Part shown: in pieces, positions 1 to 14,850 of the stretch
How positions within the stretch are numbered: position 1 is the stretch's first letter
How the letters are laid out: each line of letters begins with the position of its first letter
Assembly (NCBI RefSeq): GCF_018350175.1
Contig: NC_058368.1
Span: 68,760,001-68,824,000, forward strand
Direction of reading: 5' to 3'
Source of the DNA: Felis catus
Lineage: Eukaryota
DNA length: 64,000 nt
The notes under the pieces: model-generated
Told to the model about the DNA's origin: nothing
Databases searched by the model: none
The model's input: the letters and a program-made list of their open reading frames with translations, nothing else
Made by a program: the position numbers and the translations under genes

Positions 1-299
1 AAAAAGTACCGTGTGAAAGGTTGAGGAAATATGTCTTAAATTTTCCTCATTTCCTTTCCTGTCATGGAATTTGTTCTCTGGTGCGACAGATAAGATGTAT
101 AAATAAACCGCAACGGTGAAGGTAATTCGTGCCACAAGGGAGGTATAAGGTTCCTTGTCAGTAGACTCCTGCTGTGCAGGTGAAGCAGGGAAGTCTTCTT
201 GGAGGAGGCAGCCTCTGACGCGGCCTGTGAAGGAAAGCACCCATGCAGGTTTCTCTGGAGAGTAGGGCAGAATCCAGAGAGTATTCATGCGAGCACAGC

Positions 300-1560
300 T
301 AAAATGTTTGGCATGATTATGCCTCAATTGTGGAGGACCCTGAATGCCAAACTTTGTATTTTGAACTTTATTCCAAGTACGGTGGAGAGCCACCAAATGT
401 TTGTGAGCAGTTGAGTGGGGGAGCGGGGGGAGACGTCAGACACTGCTTGGGGAGATAATTCTGTGAGTACAGCTTAGAGCTGAGAGCTGTGGGCACCCAG
501 GAAGTCATGGAGGAGTGAGCAGGTGACAAAGACCCGGCAGGGGTCATGCACTCATACAGGAGTGGCTTCCCAGGTGCTGGGGCAGGACCCTTGGAAGCCA
601 AGGGAAAGGGAGGGAAGTCCGGGATGACCCAGAGACCATGAACTTCAGTGACAGAAACATTCATGACACCGGAGACAGACACATGCAGGAGGATGGGGAA
701 AGATATGAGATTGGTTCTGGTCACTGGAAGTTTGAAGTTGGAATGTTGTCATGGAAGTATAGGTCTGGGCTTCCGTAGAGTGCAGAGCTGGGAGTCCATT
801 GGGGACTCATCCACAGAGGAGTGGAATTTGAAATCATAAAGGAGTTTGAGATAGCTAAGGGGTTCCCTCGGAGAACTAGAAAATGGTTGATGGCACAGCC
901 TTGGGGAGCACTTACATTTGAGGGGATCTCCTAGGCACACTCCCGGTGGCAGGGAATCTGAAAGCAAAGAGCCTTGCAGAGACAGCAGGTGTTCTTGGGA
1001 CAGGTGTGTGGGCCTCAGGGCGTCTCTCAATGCCCTTGGATCTGTGAGAAGCAATCATGCTGTTCACTATGTCCTAGAAATAACGTGGGCGGGTGATGTA
1101 ATATGGATGAGTATTCGGTTCTCCTAAAACCAAGTGCTAATGGGAAAGAAAGAAAGTTCAGTGACAATGAGGACTCAGTCTGGTACCTTGACGTGCGGAA
1201 GTTAAGACGGCACCCTGACCTTTGGGAGACAGCTGGAGGGTGGCGACTGGGAGGCTGAAAGGCAAGGTGCCAGGACAGTGGAGGTGAAATCATTCAGAGG
1301 GAGTGAGATATTTAAAGCAGTCGAAGGGATGACGGAGGGAAGCCGGAGAGGAATCAGGGCTAAGGTGAGACCGTGTGGGACTGAAGGGAGGTTGCCTAGG
1401 CTGGCAGAGTGATGGATAGGATGAAACCACCCGGTTTTTGAAAATTTGTGGGAACAGGTCTGATTCTGCTCTAACAGGAAAGGTGAAAAGCATCCAATAA
1501 ATTGGAAGGAGTAAGTTGAGGACCAAATGCTTCTCCAGGGAAAGTCCCAGAAGCCTTTGC
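300..1560 (-). mobile_element. Degenerate L2 LINE fragments (approximate)
   Basis: Purine-rich + strand with motifs resembling antisense L2; highly diverged. Confidence 0.4.
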
Positions 1561-2584
1561 CTTGAAATGTATCCTGCTCTATTCAAAGTAACTGTAGTGG
1601 GGTTACCGACATACGGCATCGATCCCCAGTTATTAGTGAGAGATAGGCTTTACCTCATTGCAGGCTTCTCTGTGACATGGCACCTGCTCGACTGTGGCTT
1701 CTTTCCAAAGTGTTACGTCGAAGCTTTTTGTTGTTCTTCTGTCTTTTTATCATTTTCCTTAGCTTTTCCCCTCATTTTGCTTCGGGTCAGCAAAAGGATA
1801 ATCACGGGCCTGGCACTCTTCCCCTAAATAACAACCTGCCAATATAGATGCCACTTGTAAAGCTTCCTTATCATCCCACTCCCCCATGCATTTTCAACTT
1901 GAACCTGGTAGGTAGTAGATGTTCACTAAATGTGCATGGAATGCAGTGGAATGATTGAAGTGTTTTATTAGTGAGACAGGCATTTGTATAGATGATTATT
2001 AGCTGTGAGTCACACTTACAGAAACTCACAGTCCATCCTCCACCCAAACGCACCCAGAAGTTTCTATTCTGGATGAAGAGGGTATGTGTTCTGCCCCCAG
2101 GAGACTGCACACGTGTCTGTGTAGCTGTACTTTAGTACTGAAAGAGAGGCCAGCTAAGCCCCAGCCCCTTCGGCCAAGGGTTGTTTTTTTGCATTTAAGC
2201 CTCAGAGTAGTTAGTTGATGAAGGCAATGGGCGGTCAGAGACTTAGAACAAAACACACAAATGGAGGAGGGATTTGGAGCCCCTTAACTTTCACAGGACG
2301 TTTTAGTTGCTTAATTGCTGTAGGACGCATACTTCTGCTGACGTTCAGTTGCACAGTGTATCCAGCACATCTCACAGGATGGATTGGCCTATTTATTTAC
2401 CCTTGAGGGCCACCTGAAAACTAAGTGAAGGACAGGCATGCCCCCAGTCGAGCCCAGAATGAGCTCCTACAGCCATAGGACAAGGTCCTATTTCTCTTCT
2501 GCGTTCGCTGCCCCACCCACCTCCAGCTCCTAGAGAAGAAACAAGTGTGGTTTCCTTCCCAACCCATTTCAAAGCCCTTACGAG

Positions 2585-2760
2585 TTACTCCAAACGCCCG
2601 TTTCATTGGCTGCACAAATTCTCCGGAAGCTTGTTTAAAAAGCAGGTGACAGATTCCTAGGCCGTGGCCCCTGAGATGCTCACTTGAGATGTGTGGGACA
2701 GGGCCCAGGAATCTACATTTATTACAGAAACAGAGTGATGTGAACACAAATGACTAATAG
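2585..2760. mobile_element. MER5-like hAT-Charlie MITE
   Basis: gcttgtttaaaaagca...cagattcctaggcc...gggcccaggaatctacattt resembles the MER5 core. Confidence 0.5.
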
Positions 2761-2874
2761 ACCTCTGGGCCCAGGGGTTAAAGAGACCATTTAAACCCTG
2801 CACTCAGATCCCGGCTGTTTCACAGACTACAGGCTCCGTTTCAGGCAAAGTTTAACTTGTACCTGAGTCTCAAC

Positions 2875-3101
2875 TTTTTTTTTTTAATTTTTTTTTGATG
2901 TTTTTATTTATTTCTGAGACAGAGAGACACAGAGCATGAGCAGGGGAGGGGCAGAGAGAGAGGGAGACACAGAATCTGAAGCAGGTTCCAGGCTCCGAGT
3001 TGTCAGCACAGAGCCCGACGCGGAGCTCGAACTCACGAGCTGTGAGATCATGACCTGAGCTGAAGTTGGACGCCCAACAGACTGAGCCACCCAGGTGCCC
3101 C
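2875..3101 (-). mobile_element. Carnivore SINE (SINEC)
   Basis: PolyT, (GA)n and ...gagccacccaggtgcccc; TSD ctga(g/a)tctcaactttt on both sides. Confidence 0.93.
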
Positions 3102-6100
3102 CTGAATCTCAACTTTTTGAAAAAATGCACTTAATAATACTTCTCTGGGTGATGATTAGGCTTAAAGGGGATCACCCATGCCAAGAACTTTCTATCCTGC
3201 ACAGAATAAACAACACATAATTTTGGCTGTATTTCTTTGACCCAACATGAAGCTACTGGGGAATGGTCCCCAACGAACGCTGCGGACCTTCTAGACAATT
3301 CCAGAAGGAGCAGCGACTCCATCGTGACTGTTTCTGCAATTTCTTACAGTCTTGTATCGCTCACAAAGACATTACCGGTTTTGCCACAAAGTGCAAGAAG
3401 GCTGTTCCTCAAAATAATTTTAGGCCGGACTTCTGGGCACACTTACGTTTGGTAGGGATGGTAAGACAGTGAGGCATATTTCCCTAAACCAGAGGAGTGC
3501 GGTTGCTTTTGACAACAGGAGGACCAGGCCACATTCAGAAAGCTTCATACAGTGCATGTGTGAAAATGGAGTGCTTGACCCGGCCCTGTGACAGCCCATG
3601 CCTTGAGCTGTTTCGGCAGATAAAATTGATTCTGTCCCCACTCGGGCCGTTTTTAGGTCATTCGAGCAGATGGTAACTGGCTCACATTGGGACCAAACTC
3701 CTGAACTTAAACTTTTGGAAGTGAATGAATAAATGAATGGATTTCCTCGGGGGCCAAGAAACACTCCTGACATCTGCCAGTCCGCCCTGGCCTTCTGGTC
3801 CCCGGAGAAAGGTTGGCCCTTTGTTACTTAGAGAACAAATAAGCAAGGATTTGCTGCAAGGTGTTTCCTGCAACCATGCGTTCCTTCCTTCCTGGCCCTA
3901 GTGACCCAGTTGCCTGTGCTGGAAGACTCGATGTGGCATGTCCTGTTTTCCCCCCACGAGAACCCTTCGACAGCAGAGACGCTTTCACAAGTTAGGTGCT
4001 TGCTGGTGCCCCGGGTCATGAGATTTGGGTCACACACAAACACAGAGGAAAGAAGGGTGGTGTGGAGTCCGTTGATTTGATCGGCCCACGGGAAAACCTA
4101 AGGACAGAAGAGTGAAAAAGAAATTCAAAAATAGAGGAGGGAGTACAAAGAGAAATGTACTCTGAGATGGAAAGTCTCCGTTTCAGCTTGCAGTTGGGGA
4201 AGATTTCTAAATGCTTCCAAATCAAGGGATATCTGCAAATCTTCAAATCCATTGTGAATCATTTTCAAAATGCTCATTCCCTCCGCTCAGAAAGCATTGA
4301 TTAAAATCCAGCCGTCTGCTGGTGCACTGATGCTCCGTAAAGCAAGCAAAACAAAGTTGATGGGTAGCCAGCGATCGCCGTGAGGAGTTAGGACACACGT
4401 GTGCACGCACACAGGCACTCACTGCGAAAGCCAGTGGGGGACCCCTGAGACTAGCCCTGTTTGGGTTGGGGGCCCCAGACACTTAACGATTAATCTAAGG
4501 CAGGAGGGAGGGAGAGGCCATCAGAATGTGGCCGGTCGGGCCGAATTCCCATTGGAGTGGGTCTTGAATTGAGAAGGATGCCTGGATTTAGGTAACAGCC
4601 AAGGAGAGCGGAAGACATCCCGTATCAGAGGAAACTGTTCAAACAAAAGCCAATAGGAGGAAATGAGCTCGTATTGTGTGCACACATGGGGTTCCACAGA
4701 AAGGAAATTGCCTGATTCGGGACACGTCCGATGCCTCCTGAAGCTACAAGGCAAGGCCGGGCCTGTGTTCCCACAACCTGGAGAGTGTCTTTCTCAAGCC
4801 AGGGTTGGCTGCAGTGAAACCGGTAGGATTTTAGCAAAACTATCCACATTCTTAGACTTGTAGAAACTTCTATCACAAGATGTGTCCTTGGGGACCCAAA
4901 AGGCGATTCCTTATGCTCTTGTTTGTGCTTTAAGGTATATGGATCTAGGAGAAGGTGGGGAGCAGGCACTTGGCTCAAATGTTCAGGTACTTTTTTGGGT
5001 AAAGCTCATTCATTCTTCAGGCTCCATCAGGCAGCTGAGGCTCAGCCTGGCAGACCCACTCCTCTCTGGGCCCTTTTTGGCTTCCTGGGGTGGGCCAGGC
5101 CAACTGGGACAAGGCTTCTTGCTGGGCTCAGACGGGTTTTACATGCAGGCGTCTCAGCTAGACAATGGTGGCATCAACAGTCTTGCTACCTGCCAGCTTC
5201 TATCCAAAATACAGTCCTGACCATGAGCTTTCGATTCTCTAGGGTACAGCCTGGTGCGGCCTGGTGCCTCATGGAGAACACAGAAACAGGCATGACGTTC
5301 CCAGCCCCCAAAGACTTTAGGATCTAGAAGAAGAGCATTCATTTCAATAAACATCATAAGAAATGGAAATTTCCCTGGCACCACTGAGCCCCTGGGGTGA
5401 GGGGGGGGGGCACCTATGCATTGTTTAAAAGCTTGGAATGATCGGGACTTGTGGGTTTGTTTTTTTTTTCCTCCTTTGTGTTGCCTGATTGACAGTTTGA
5501 GTACAGTTGAGCTTGGATTTGTGGGGATGCTACTGTAAGTGGCATGTATCATGGAGTCCTTTCTATTGATGTGATCTCTGAAAGCAGTGCCCACAGAAGG
5601 CAAAGTGCAGGCCCAAGTAAGGCTCCACGCTGGACATGGGGCCCAGGGATGTGCTCCCGTGAAGGAGCGTCCATCGGGCTCTCTCCCCCGCCTCTGCCTC
5701 AACCCCCAGAGCTATGGTATGCTTCAGGCGTCCTCCCTCCGTCCTCCCCCAGGTGACCGTCTGTGGCAGTGGCCAGTGGCGGGCGTGCGCGGTGAATGTA
5801 GGAAAGAAAGCCCTGTGCACTGTGCTTCTTGAACATCTCAGGTTCCGCTGCGGTTTAGGTAGATGGATTTTGAGTTAACTCTGGAGGATGAAAAATTGGG
5901 GTCCTTAAATCATGTTCTGGTGAGGCACAACAGCAACAAGATCAACTCCAAGGACATAAGGACTAGAGTAGAGGGGGGCACCATGGGCCAGGAGGGTGAG
6001 CGGCTCTCAAGGCAGTGGAGATGCTCCAGACAACAGCAAGCAAAGAAAGGGGCGAAGGGTGTCACAATCTCCTTCTAATTAGCATGTGCCTTCTAATTAG

Positions 6101-6156
6101 CGGCTTCTGAGGCTTATCAAGTCTCATCTGTAAACTAAAACTAATAGGCAGTTAGG

Positions 6157-6230
6157 GCTTTTTTTGTTTTCTTGGTTTTTTTGTGTTTTTTTGTGTTTTT
6201 TTTGTTTTTTTGTGTTTTTTTGCTTTTTTC
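6157..6230. repeat. T-rich low-complexity repeat (TTTTTTG-like)
   Basis: tttttttgttttcttggtttttttgtgttttttt... is directly visible. Confidence 0.85.
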
Positions 6231-8397
6231 CTCCCTACCCTTCAAGGGAAAAACACATGAATTAAGATTTAATTTGCCAGCAAACAGCATAATACGTACG
6301 CACGGAAGCAAAACTGTGTTATTCGGCATGGCTACGGCTGGATATTTAGGGAGATTTTTTATCCTCCAGCATAGATCTTGTTTTGTTATCATTCATCAGA
6401 AGCAGCAAGAAAAAAAAAGGGGGGGTAGAGTGCAAACTTCTCTGAAGATCCCTGCCTGTTCTCTTTACATCTCTGTCTCCCACAGCATCAAAAAGGCAGG
6501 AAAGAGAACCACACCCTTCTCTTGGCCACAGCGTGGATAGTATTTTGCCCTCCCCGCTGGCTAAAATGACGAAATAAAAATACAATTCATCTCACATGAC
6601 ATCGGATCATGGCGGTTTCAAAATTCCTCATAGTTTAAAGGCTGATTTACAGGATTAGGTCATAGAAATGCCTGTAAAATTCCAATGTGATTATTTAGTT
6701 CTGTTCAGTTTGTTTCAAATACTACCACACGCCCCAAGGAAAACCCCACTTGTGAAGATCTTTGTAATGAATTGAAGTTTGCCTGCGTGACTTTTTTTTT
6801 TCAGCTCTCCTGAGTAAACACGGCTGTAATTTCGAAAGCAACAAATTGAGGGATACACAGGGAAAAGGGCACCAGTGCCCAATAGTACTGCCAAACTGAA
6901 CATGATCAGGAAAGCTAAGAAAAATCTGGAAACTAATAGAGACAAGTCAACTTATATTCAGGATGGTCCCACGAACCCTTGAAGTTCGCTGAGAACCATG
7001 AAACTTTGGCTTTTTCGTGTATTAACAGCCCTTTTGTGCCATTGTTTTACAATGTAGACCAGCTGATAATGTGCCTTGTTCCTCATTGACTTTGCGATCT
7101 CATTCTTTGCCACAAATATAATGGCCTGTTTGTTTTGCTGCTGATGCACACTGGCCAAAGAATCAGACGTTTGTTTCACGGGTGCTTGTTTTGAAGAAAT
7201 CAGTTCTGGGTACATCTTTACACTGCCTATAAAAACAGAGGCTCATCTGCGTGAAAGATACCCCAGGTCTGCACTGGGGTGGGCGTCCATGTATCCACTA
7301 CTACAGAAAATGAAATTGAAATATAATAAAACTTCATTTCAATGTAATTACTAAAGAGCCCGAATTATAGGCTATGCATAAAGATGTACACTTTTATTAA
7401 TTATACCAACATACAGCAATTTGTACCGGCCAAGAGTATTTCTCATAATGGCTCTTAAGAAGTTCTTATTAATGAAGAGATAAGAATGATTTATAAGTAG
7501 TTTTACAGGTATTTATATCTAAATGAATGGTAATGAAATGCCTGAGAAGTTTGGTCTCATAAGTAGGGTAAATAATCCCATTAGAATGACGCTAAGACTA
7601 TTAATTTTTTCAGCAAGCGCACACCCCTTCTGCCCCCCTTTTTTCGTAAGTAATTCAAAGGTAACCTTTAGCCTAGTCTGGGGGTGGTTTCAACTCACAA
7701 GGGAACTCTGATCAGTCGGTGGTGGCTGCCTGCCTGGAAACTTGTTTTGAGAAATCTTCCAGTGCCAAGTCTAGATTCATAGGGAGAAAGTGCTAGGATT
7801 GATTAGTCATGCCTGCTGTGGACGGGCAAGGTGGGAAGAGGGGAACTGAGGGCTATCCATTTGCTACCCTTGGCTGGAGCCTTCAAAAGTGCTGCCCAGT
7901 TGGCATTGTCACAAAGCCACCTCCAGAACGCACTGCAAACCAGTAGTAACTTCAGTTACCACCAATGCAGTTGGTAGGTACCTTCAAAATCCACAGTCGA
8001 AGGTTCTTTCTACAAGAATGGTAGCTGTTGAAGTATCTTAATCCGCCTGAACCCTGAGTAAGAAAAGTAAGTTGAATTTACGAGTATAGCTATAGAAATG
8101 CATTTTTACTCTTCCTAAATTTGAAGAACAGAATTATTTACAACGCTTCTTTCTGGGTGTGATATTTGGGGAAGGGAGTAGGGGGGCTGTTCCACGGGGA
8201 TGAGCCCTTTGAAATGGCATTTTGATATTTCAAGCATAGTCGTTGCATTTTTTGGAAAGAAGGTGAACAGGTGCTTATTTCCCTTCATTAAAACAAATCT
8301 GAAACTCAGGGCCAGGTCCACAGGACAGGCTGATTTTCTTTCATTTCTAAGTTTAATAACAAATAACACACAGGACACAGGAAGGGAACCAGCTCTC

Positions 8398-8600
8398 TTA
8401 AAGCACCTACTGTGTTCTAGGCACCTTGACAACCGTTTTCAAAATGTTAAAAAATATATATATTTAATGCTCCCAACTTCCCTGAGAGATACAGAATATT
8501 GTCCCATTTTCGAGATCAGAAAAATGAGGTTTAGGCAGGTTAGCTGTTAGGTCAATATGGAGCTTAAATTGGAACCCGCTTCTAAAGCAGGCTGAAACGT
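8398..8600 (-). mobile_element. MIR SINE
   Basis: agcacctactgtgttctaggcac...gtcccattttcgagatcagaaaaatgaggtttag matches the MIR core. Confidence 0.65.
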
Positions 8601-10431
8601 CTGTGTGAAGTTCCGAATTTAAACAGAAGCCACTTGTGCCAACTTTTAAACAGGACTTTTGCGGTGACACTTTAAATATTGACAAGTAATTCTAGAACTT
8701 TAGCATTTTGAGAGTCCTCAGTAAATATTGGCTACTACTATTTCTCTCCCTCTCTCTCTCCCCCTCTTCTCCTGTGTGCGCATATACATACATAGGTGTG
8801 TGTGTGTGTGTGTGTGTATAGTGAATGTCTGTGGAACTTCAAATGTTTATTGCAAACCACTTTGCCTTTTTATTTCAAGAAAAAGTGAATGGCTACTTTT
8901 TATGTTAGAGAATTATCTAAACCTAGAAAGGGTAACTTTTTATAGGAGGATAAAGACTACAAAGTATGCAATAAAATCAGCAGTGTGTGTAAGAAACTAG
9001 AATATCATCCGACATTTCATACAGTTTGTAAATTGTAGTTCTAATCCAGAGGAAGTCTGCTTTTAGTTAAACGCTGTGAATAAACCCCTGTTTCTAAAAT
9101 TCTCCATCTCTCTTTTGGTGGGAGGGGGCAGTATGGGGTTGGCGCTAGAGAGAAACTTCTTTTATTTTTTTTCCTTTTTCTCTGAGAAGGCTTTTTATTA
9201 ATTTCTTTTCCTGAATTTTTGACCCTGTAAAGAAAAAGAGAGCTATTGTACCAAACCACACAACAGGACAGCCTCCCCCAGAAGGGAGTTTTCCTTCCTG
9301 CTGAAGGACACAGATAGCAGCTTTATGAGCTGGTTACAGTCAGCTTTATCGCAAAGCCAGTAGATTTTCTTAATATACTTATTGCTGTTCTGTAAATAGC
9401 ACCGGGGCAATCATGAATCTGAATCACTTATGGGGTCCAAATGAGACAGATACTGGTAATCTTGGGGAGAAGTGTTAAGTAGACTCAGTAATGAAACTAG
9501 TAATTGGAATTCTTTCTAATTGTGCGGGCTGTTAGTCTCCAAACTAATCCTTTGAGTGCCTGTTGTCTTCTTCTGAAATTCACTGAGACACTGCGTGCGG
9601 GAAGCACTTTATTCACTATGTAAGATGCTCCATAAATGCCAGCTGATAATATTAATGATAATAACTGTATTAAAATTTTAATTAAGACATGAAGAGAGCT
9701 CTGAGATTGCCCACCATATTTCTTGAAAAAGAGAATTCATTAAAAACTGCAGTGTGCTTTATTTGTTTCTTTATGGTCCAGAATATTTGGAGGAACAGCA
9801 CCGGAATCCTGGCTGTATGTGAATCACTAAAAGCCATCAGAGAACAGGCTGAGACTTTTTTGTCTTTAAAATGGTATGGTACCCTGAGTTTTAAAATTCT
9901 GAATTGTCTTTTGATTCCCTTTGAAAGAGGGACAGGCGAAAGAGGTATTTCCTAAGGTCTAGCAGAGCTTTTAATTCTAGAAGAATGTTACTGTAGTTCT
10001 TCTCAGAGCTCTTTGGGAAAGCATCATTTCTCTCCTGTCTCTCTTGACTCTTGGCTGAAGTTAATGATATGATCTGGGACACTACTGTGTGGATTCAGAT
10101 GTAAAGCGTCGATGTTATTGAGGCAGTGGTATTCTTGGTTACGTGAAAACTGTTTAGAACTCTAGATGCTTTTAGTTCATTCATTAGTCAGCTAAAAAAA
10201 AAAAGCAGAGTGGTTGGAAGATTAATAATGTCACTTACTGTATTTTAATCACATTTTGGTTCGGTGGTATTGTTTTTATTTTAGACACTTCATAAGCAGT
10301 TAATATTTGAATCTGCAGACCAATTGCTCTATCTGTGATTTTTACCCCAAAACATACGTGCGCCCAAATTTTGAAAACATTTAGTCTGCATCAAAGCAGA
10401 TAAGGCAAATCCTTCAATATACTTTTTAAAA

Positions 10432-10675
10432 GTTTTTTTTTTAATTTTTACTTTTTGAATTTAAATTTTAATATTTATTTATTTATTTGAGAGAGAGAGA
10501 GAGAGCTCACGCACGCACTAGTTTGGGAGGGGCAGAGGGAGAGAGAGAGAGTCTTAAGCAGGCTCCACACTCAGTGCAGAGACGGACGGGGCTCGATCTC
10601 ACAGCCATGAGATCGTGACCAGGGCCAAAATCAGGAGTCAGACGCTTAACCAACTGACCTACCTTCAGGCACCCC
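10432..10675 (-). mobile_element. Carnivore SINE (older subfamily)
   Basis: PolyT/(GA)n plus SINE body; TSD ccttca(a/t)tatacttttta at ~10411 and ~10677. Confidence 0.9.
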
Positions 10676-11699
10676 GCCTTCATTATACTTTTTAAGCCTA
10701 AAATGATTTGTCATCAGACAATCTCATTCTAGTTCAGTGTTTGATGTTGCACTGGAAACAGTGTTTTTTGGCAAATATCCTCCCCGCCATTTATTAGTAG
10801 TCCTGGATTTAACATGTAATTATTTTCATATTGCATAACAATTTACTTTTCATAGTATTTCACAGACATGTTTGAAGCTCTTCTACATGGTTGAATAGCT
10901 TAGTTGATTAAAGCAAGAGACCATGATTATGGGTTGCTGATACCATGGACTTATGCTCCATTCCAGACCTTAGCCAACCCTTCTAGAAATATGTGCTCTG
11001 AGTCCCCAAGGGGGTCAAACCATACCATGATATCTTCAACCACGTAACGTACAAAAAGAAATTCCATGTTCACTGTTGCTGTTAAGAAAATAAAATCCAG
11101 ATAGTGGATTTTTTTTTCCTGAGAATCTCCCCTTTTATTCTGAAACCCTACAAAATCAAAGGAGGGGAAGAGAAGGTGGAGTTGTATCCGAAATGTAATG
11201 TTAAAACGGTCTCATTTGGTGCCTTAGTGGTTAATTTTACACTAGTTATGTTTTATTATTAGATGTAATAATAAGGAGTTATAATTTAACATTTTTATGC
11301 CAAGTTCTATGAAAAGTGTTATGCAAATTTTACTATATTAGGAAGCTACAATTTGCAAGCCATTGTCACTCTGTTCATTCTTTTATTTAATCTCTTGCCT
11401 TAAAAGTTGGCCAGCCCCCTACCACAGCCTACTCACTGTGAGCTTGAATTATTCAAATTAACATCAAGTTGTTTAAATATTAAACTGCATTTTACTTGTG
11501 ACTTACTTTTCAGCAACATTATTATAATTTCTGCTGAGCAGTTTGGACAACAGACTATGATACGCAATCTGCTTATTGTATCAACTAAGTGGGCAAGGGT
11601 CCTGTCAATGAAAGTGTGTCCAGACTCAGCAAAATAATGTGATTTCCCTAGTTGGTTACTCGCTTGCCTTCTAGGATGTTCAGTCTGGAAATTATATCC

Positions 11700-14600
11700 A
11701 CTTTATAAATGTCTCTTGATCTTCATAGCATTTGACCTATGGTTCAGTTTTAAACGAGACAATGACATGTTTGCAAGCATAAAAGCCCACAAGGCATTTT
11801 TAGAATTTTTTGCAATTTTTTTTGTTTTATTTTCTGATGATAGTTGCTTCCTGAAGAGAAGATATACAATATTCCATATCACATGGTAAGCATTTGGTTC
11901 TGACATTCTACATTGTTAGAAGAGCTGCTTAATATCTAATAATAAGAATGTACAATAATTTGTTTTAGCATTTCCTGTCACTTTACATTGGTTCTAATTT
12001 TTTATTTTTATAAATTATACTGCGGTTAACATCCTGGTATGTAAATATTTAATCCCATGACTGATTCCTTTAGGATAAATCCCTCAAAATGGGATCTCTA
12101 TGAACTATATATGTTTTCACCCTTTGAATGTTGGAGAATACTTTTCACTTTCATGTAGGAAATATATGAGAGAGTATATTATTTAGAGTAATAATTTCCC
12201 TCAAAATTCTATAGACATTTTTCTATTGGCTTTTTATGTTTTGTACTGCAGAAGAGAAGCTGATCGATTTATTTGTAGTTAACTCCTTTGGGGACAGAGG
12301 GGCTAAATCATTTTAGAAACTTCCCCTTGTCTTGGTGATTACTAGAATATTCTAAGTTCACAGAGCTTTTCATTGGCTTTGCCTAGGACACGGAAATCTC
12401 TTCTTTCTTGGCTCCCTTTGAACTCCAAAAATTTTCTAGTCCATATTTTTTAATTATGCTGTTTCATTTGTTCCTTTATTTTTATCTCTCCAGTGACATG
12501 AATCATTCTTAGTTTAGATTTTTGTTTTCTGGCCTCCAGATCTGTAAGCAGCTCTCTGATCATTTCTATCTTTTTCCTTTTTCTCTTCGTTTTAGAAATA
12601 TGTCTCAAGTGTATTCTTCACCTCACTGATTCCATTTTTGTACACTGACAGTGCTCTTTATTGTATAACATTACGGTTTTAATCTTGCTACTGAAATGTT
12701 GGTTTCCTCACATTCCTTTCTTGTGCCATCCAACCGCCATTTTTATCTGTGGCTGTTTCAGTCCCGTTTCAGTTCAGTTACCATTTTTTCCTTCCCAGTT
12801 TCAGTTTATGAAGAAAGGATGGGCTTCCCTGGGTTTTATTGAAAACACAAAGCAAGATGCTATCTTAACATTTTCTTCTTTTTCTTTTATGATAGACCTT
12901 AAGCTCTTCATCTTGACACTTTTTTTTTTTTTTTTGATTTGCAAACTCTTTCTGTAGTATGACTGGTGTCATATTGGATCTTTGTTGCATATTTAAGTTT
13001 TTGTTGGTCTTTTTACTCATTCATCCATCTTGAATGGAAAGAGGTCTGTCCAGGCCTGGTTCTTTTTATTCAAGACAGGGAACAGAAACCTTTTTATAGC
13101 TCCCCACTTGCCACCTGTCAGTAGAACCGTCTTCTCAGATGGCAGGCAGAGGGTTCTTGGGTGTAGATTGAGTTCAGCGGTATGGTATACAGGGGTGTAG
13201 CGAGGAGGGAGTTCGGGCCGTGGGGTACCCAGCAGGGATGTGTCATCTTGGCTTCGGTTTCTTGCCCTAGGGATTACTACTCTCTACCCACTCTTCCTCT
13301 GCTTGGCCTTCATGCCAAGTTTCCGACTCAGCCAAGCCTCCTTACTGTTGTTATTCCCATGGTACAAGGGAGACAAACCCACTGAGCTGCTGGATTTCAA
13401 GTTAGTGTGGCTACTCAGCAAAATGTTGGATTTTTCTGCAAACTAGGAGCAGTAGAGACTTCAAACCATGTAACTGATACCATTTCCCTATTTCTAACAC
13501 TCTTCAAGTTTCCTTTTTCTGTATGTCGATCAACCTTTAGTTATTGCACTGGGGATTTGGCAGGGGGGTAATTAAATAGCTACATGTGCTCAAGTTGACA
13601 GTGTACCAAGAAGTCAGAAGTTTTTAGTTAAAATGTATCAAAGCCATTAAAAATAGATTGACCTTTTGTTGTTTGCATTGTTTTTTATTCTCAGAAAGAC
13701 TTAGATGCCTGTTATCAAAGATTGACCTATATATTCTTTTGCCCTTTTGTGGATTATCTTTTTAATCAAATCAACATGCAATTTATTTTGGTGAATAGTA
13801 CAAGTTGAGTTAATAAACTCAATCTATCCTCTCTTTTTTCCCCAATTTTCCTAAATAGTACCTCCTGAATGAGACATGCTTTCTCCACCTGTGGTACTTA
13901 TTATCTTGGATCCTGAATTCTTGGGTACACTAACATCCCTTTCAAGATGCGTTTAGTCAATTGCATTGATTCCGCTATCTATTCTTCAGCAGTAACAAAC
14001 TGTTTTAATTGTTTTTTATTGACACTACATGCATCCATCTACTAAGGCCGATCCCATATATTATGATTCTGTCTTCATCTATTTCTTTTTCTAGAAGAAT
14101 CTCAAAATCATTAAGTTCTTTCCATATTTATAAAAACCTTCTCCAACAAGAACAAAAAAAAATTCTTTTTGAGACTTTAGTAGAACTGTCTTGAACGTGG
14201 GGCCCCTGGTCGGCTTAGTCAGTTGAGCGTCCGACTTAGGTTCAGGTCATGATCTCATGGCCCGTGGATTCGAGCCCCATATCGGGCTCTGTGCTGACAA
14301 CTCAGAGCCTGGAGCCTGCTTCGGATTCTGTGTCTCCCTCTTTCTCTGCCCTTCCCCCCACTTGTGCTCTCTCTCTCTTTCCCTCAATAATAAATAAACA
14401 TTAAAAAAACTGTCTTGAATCTATAAATTAATTTGGTAAGAACTAACATCTTTAAATGGTAAGAATGCTAATCCAGAAATATCTCTCAATTAAAAAAATA
14501 ATACTTTGTGTCTCCAAGTAAAATTTGTTAATTTTTTGTCTGTCCAAAACATTTTCAGTTAGCATTGTTCCCAATTGTTTTATGTTTTATGTAGCTATTA

Positions 14601-14850
14601 TGAATGATACATTTCCTACTATGTATTCTACCTGATTATTGCTAGAAAGCAAGAAAACTTGGTTCCATTTAATTTTATTTATTTTCCTCATTTCTGGCAG
14701 CTTACGGAGTTCGCTTTTTCCTTGTGAGACTCACATTTAATTCTCTTGAATTTTCTGGGTATATAATCACATCAAATCAAGATAATGACAACATTTTCTC
14801 CTCTTTCTTAACCATATATTTCTGTTACATATTAACGTATTGACCTGCAC
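11700..14850 (-). mobile_element. Ancient L1 (L1M-type) fragments, interrupted by a SINE
   Basis: T-rich antisense L1 motifs: tttaggataaatccctcaaaatggga, ttgaatctataaattaatttggtaagaactaacatcttt, ttttctgggtatataatcacatca. Internal continuity is uncertain. Confidence 0.55.
14199..14409 (+). mobile_element. Carnivore SINE
   Basis: ggggcccctgg...(CT)n...aataaataaacattaaaa; TSD aactgtcttgaa. Confidence 0.92.
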
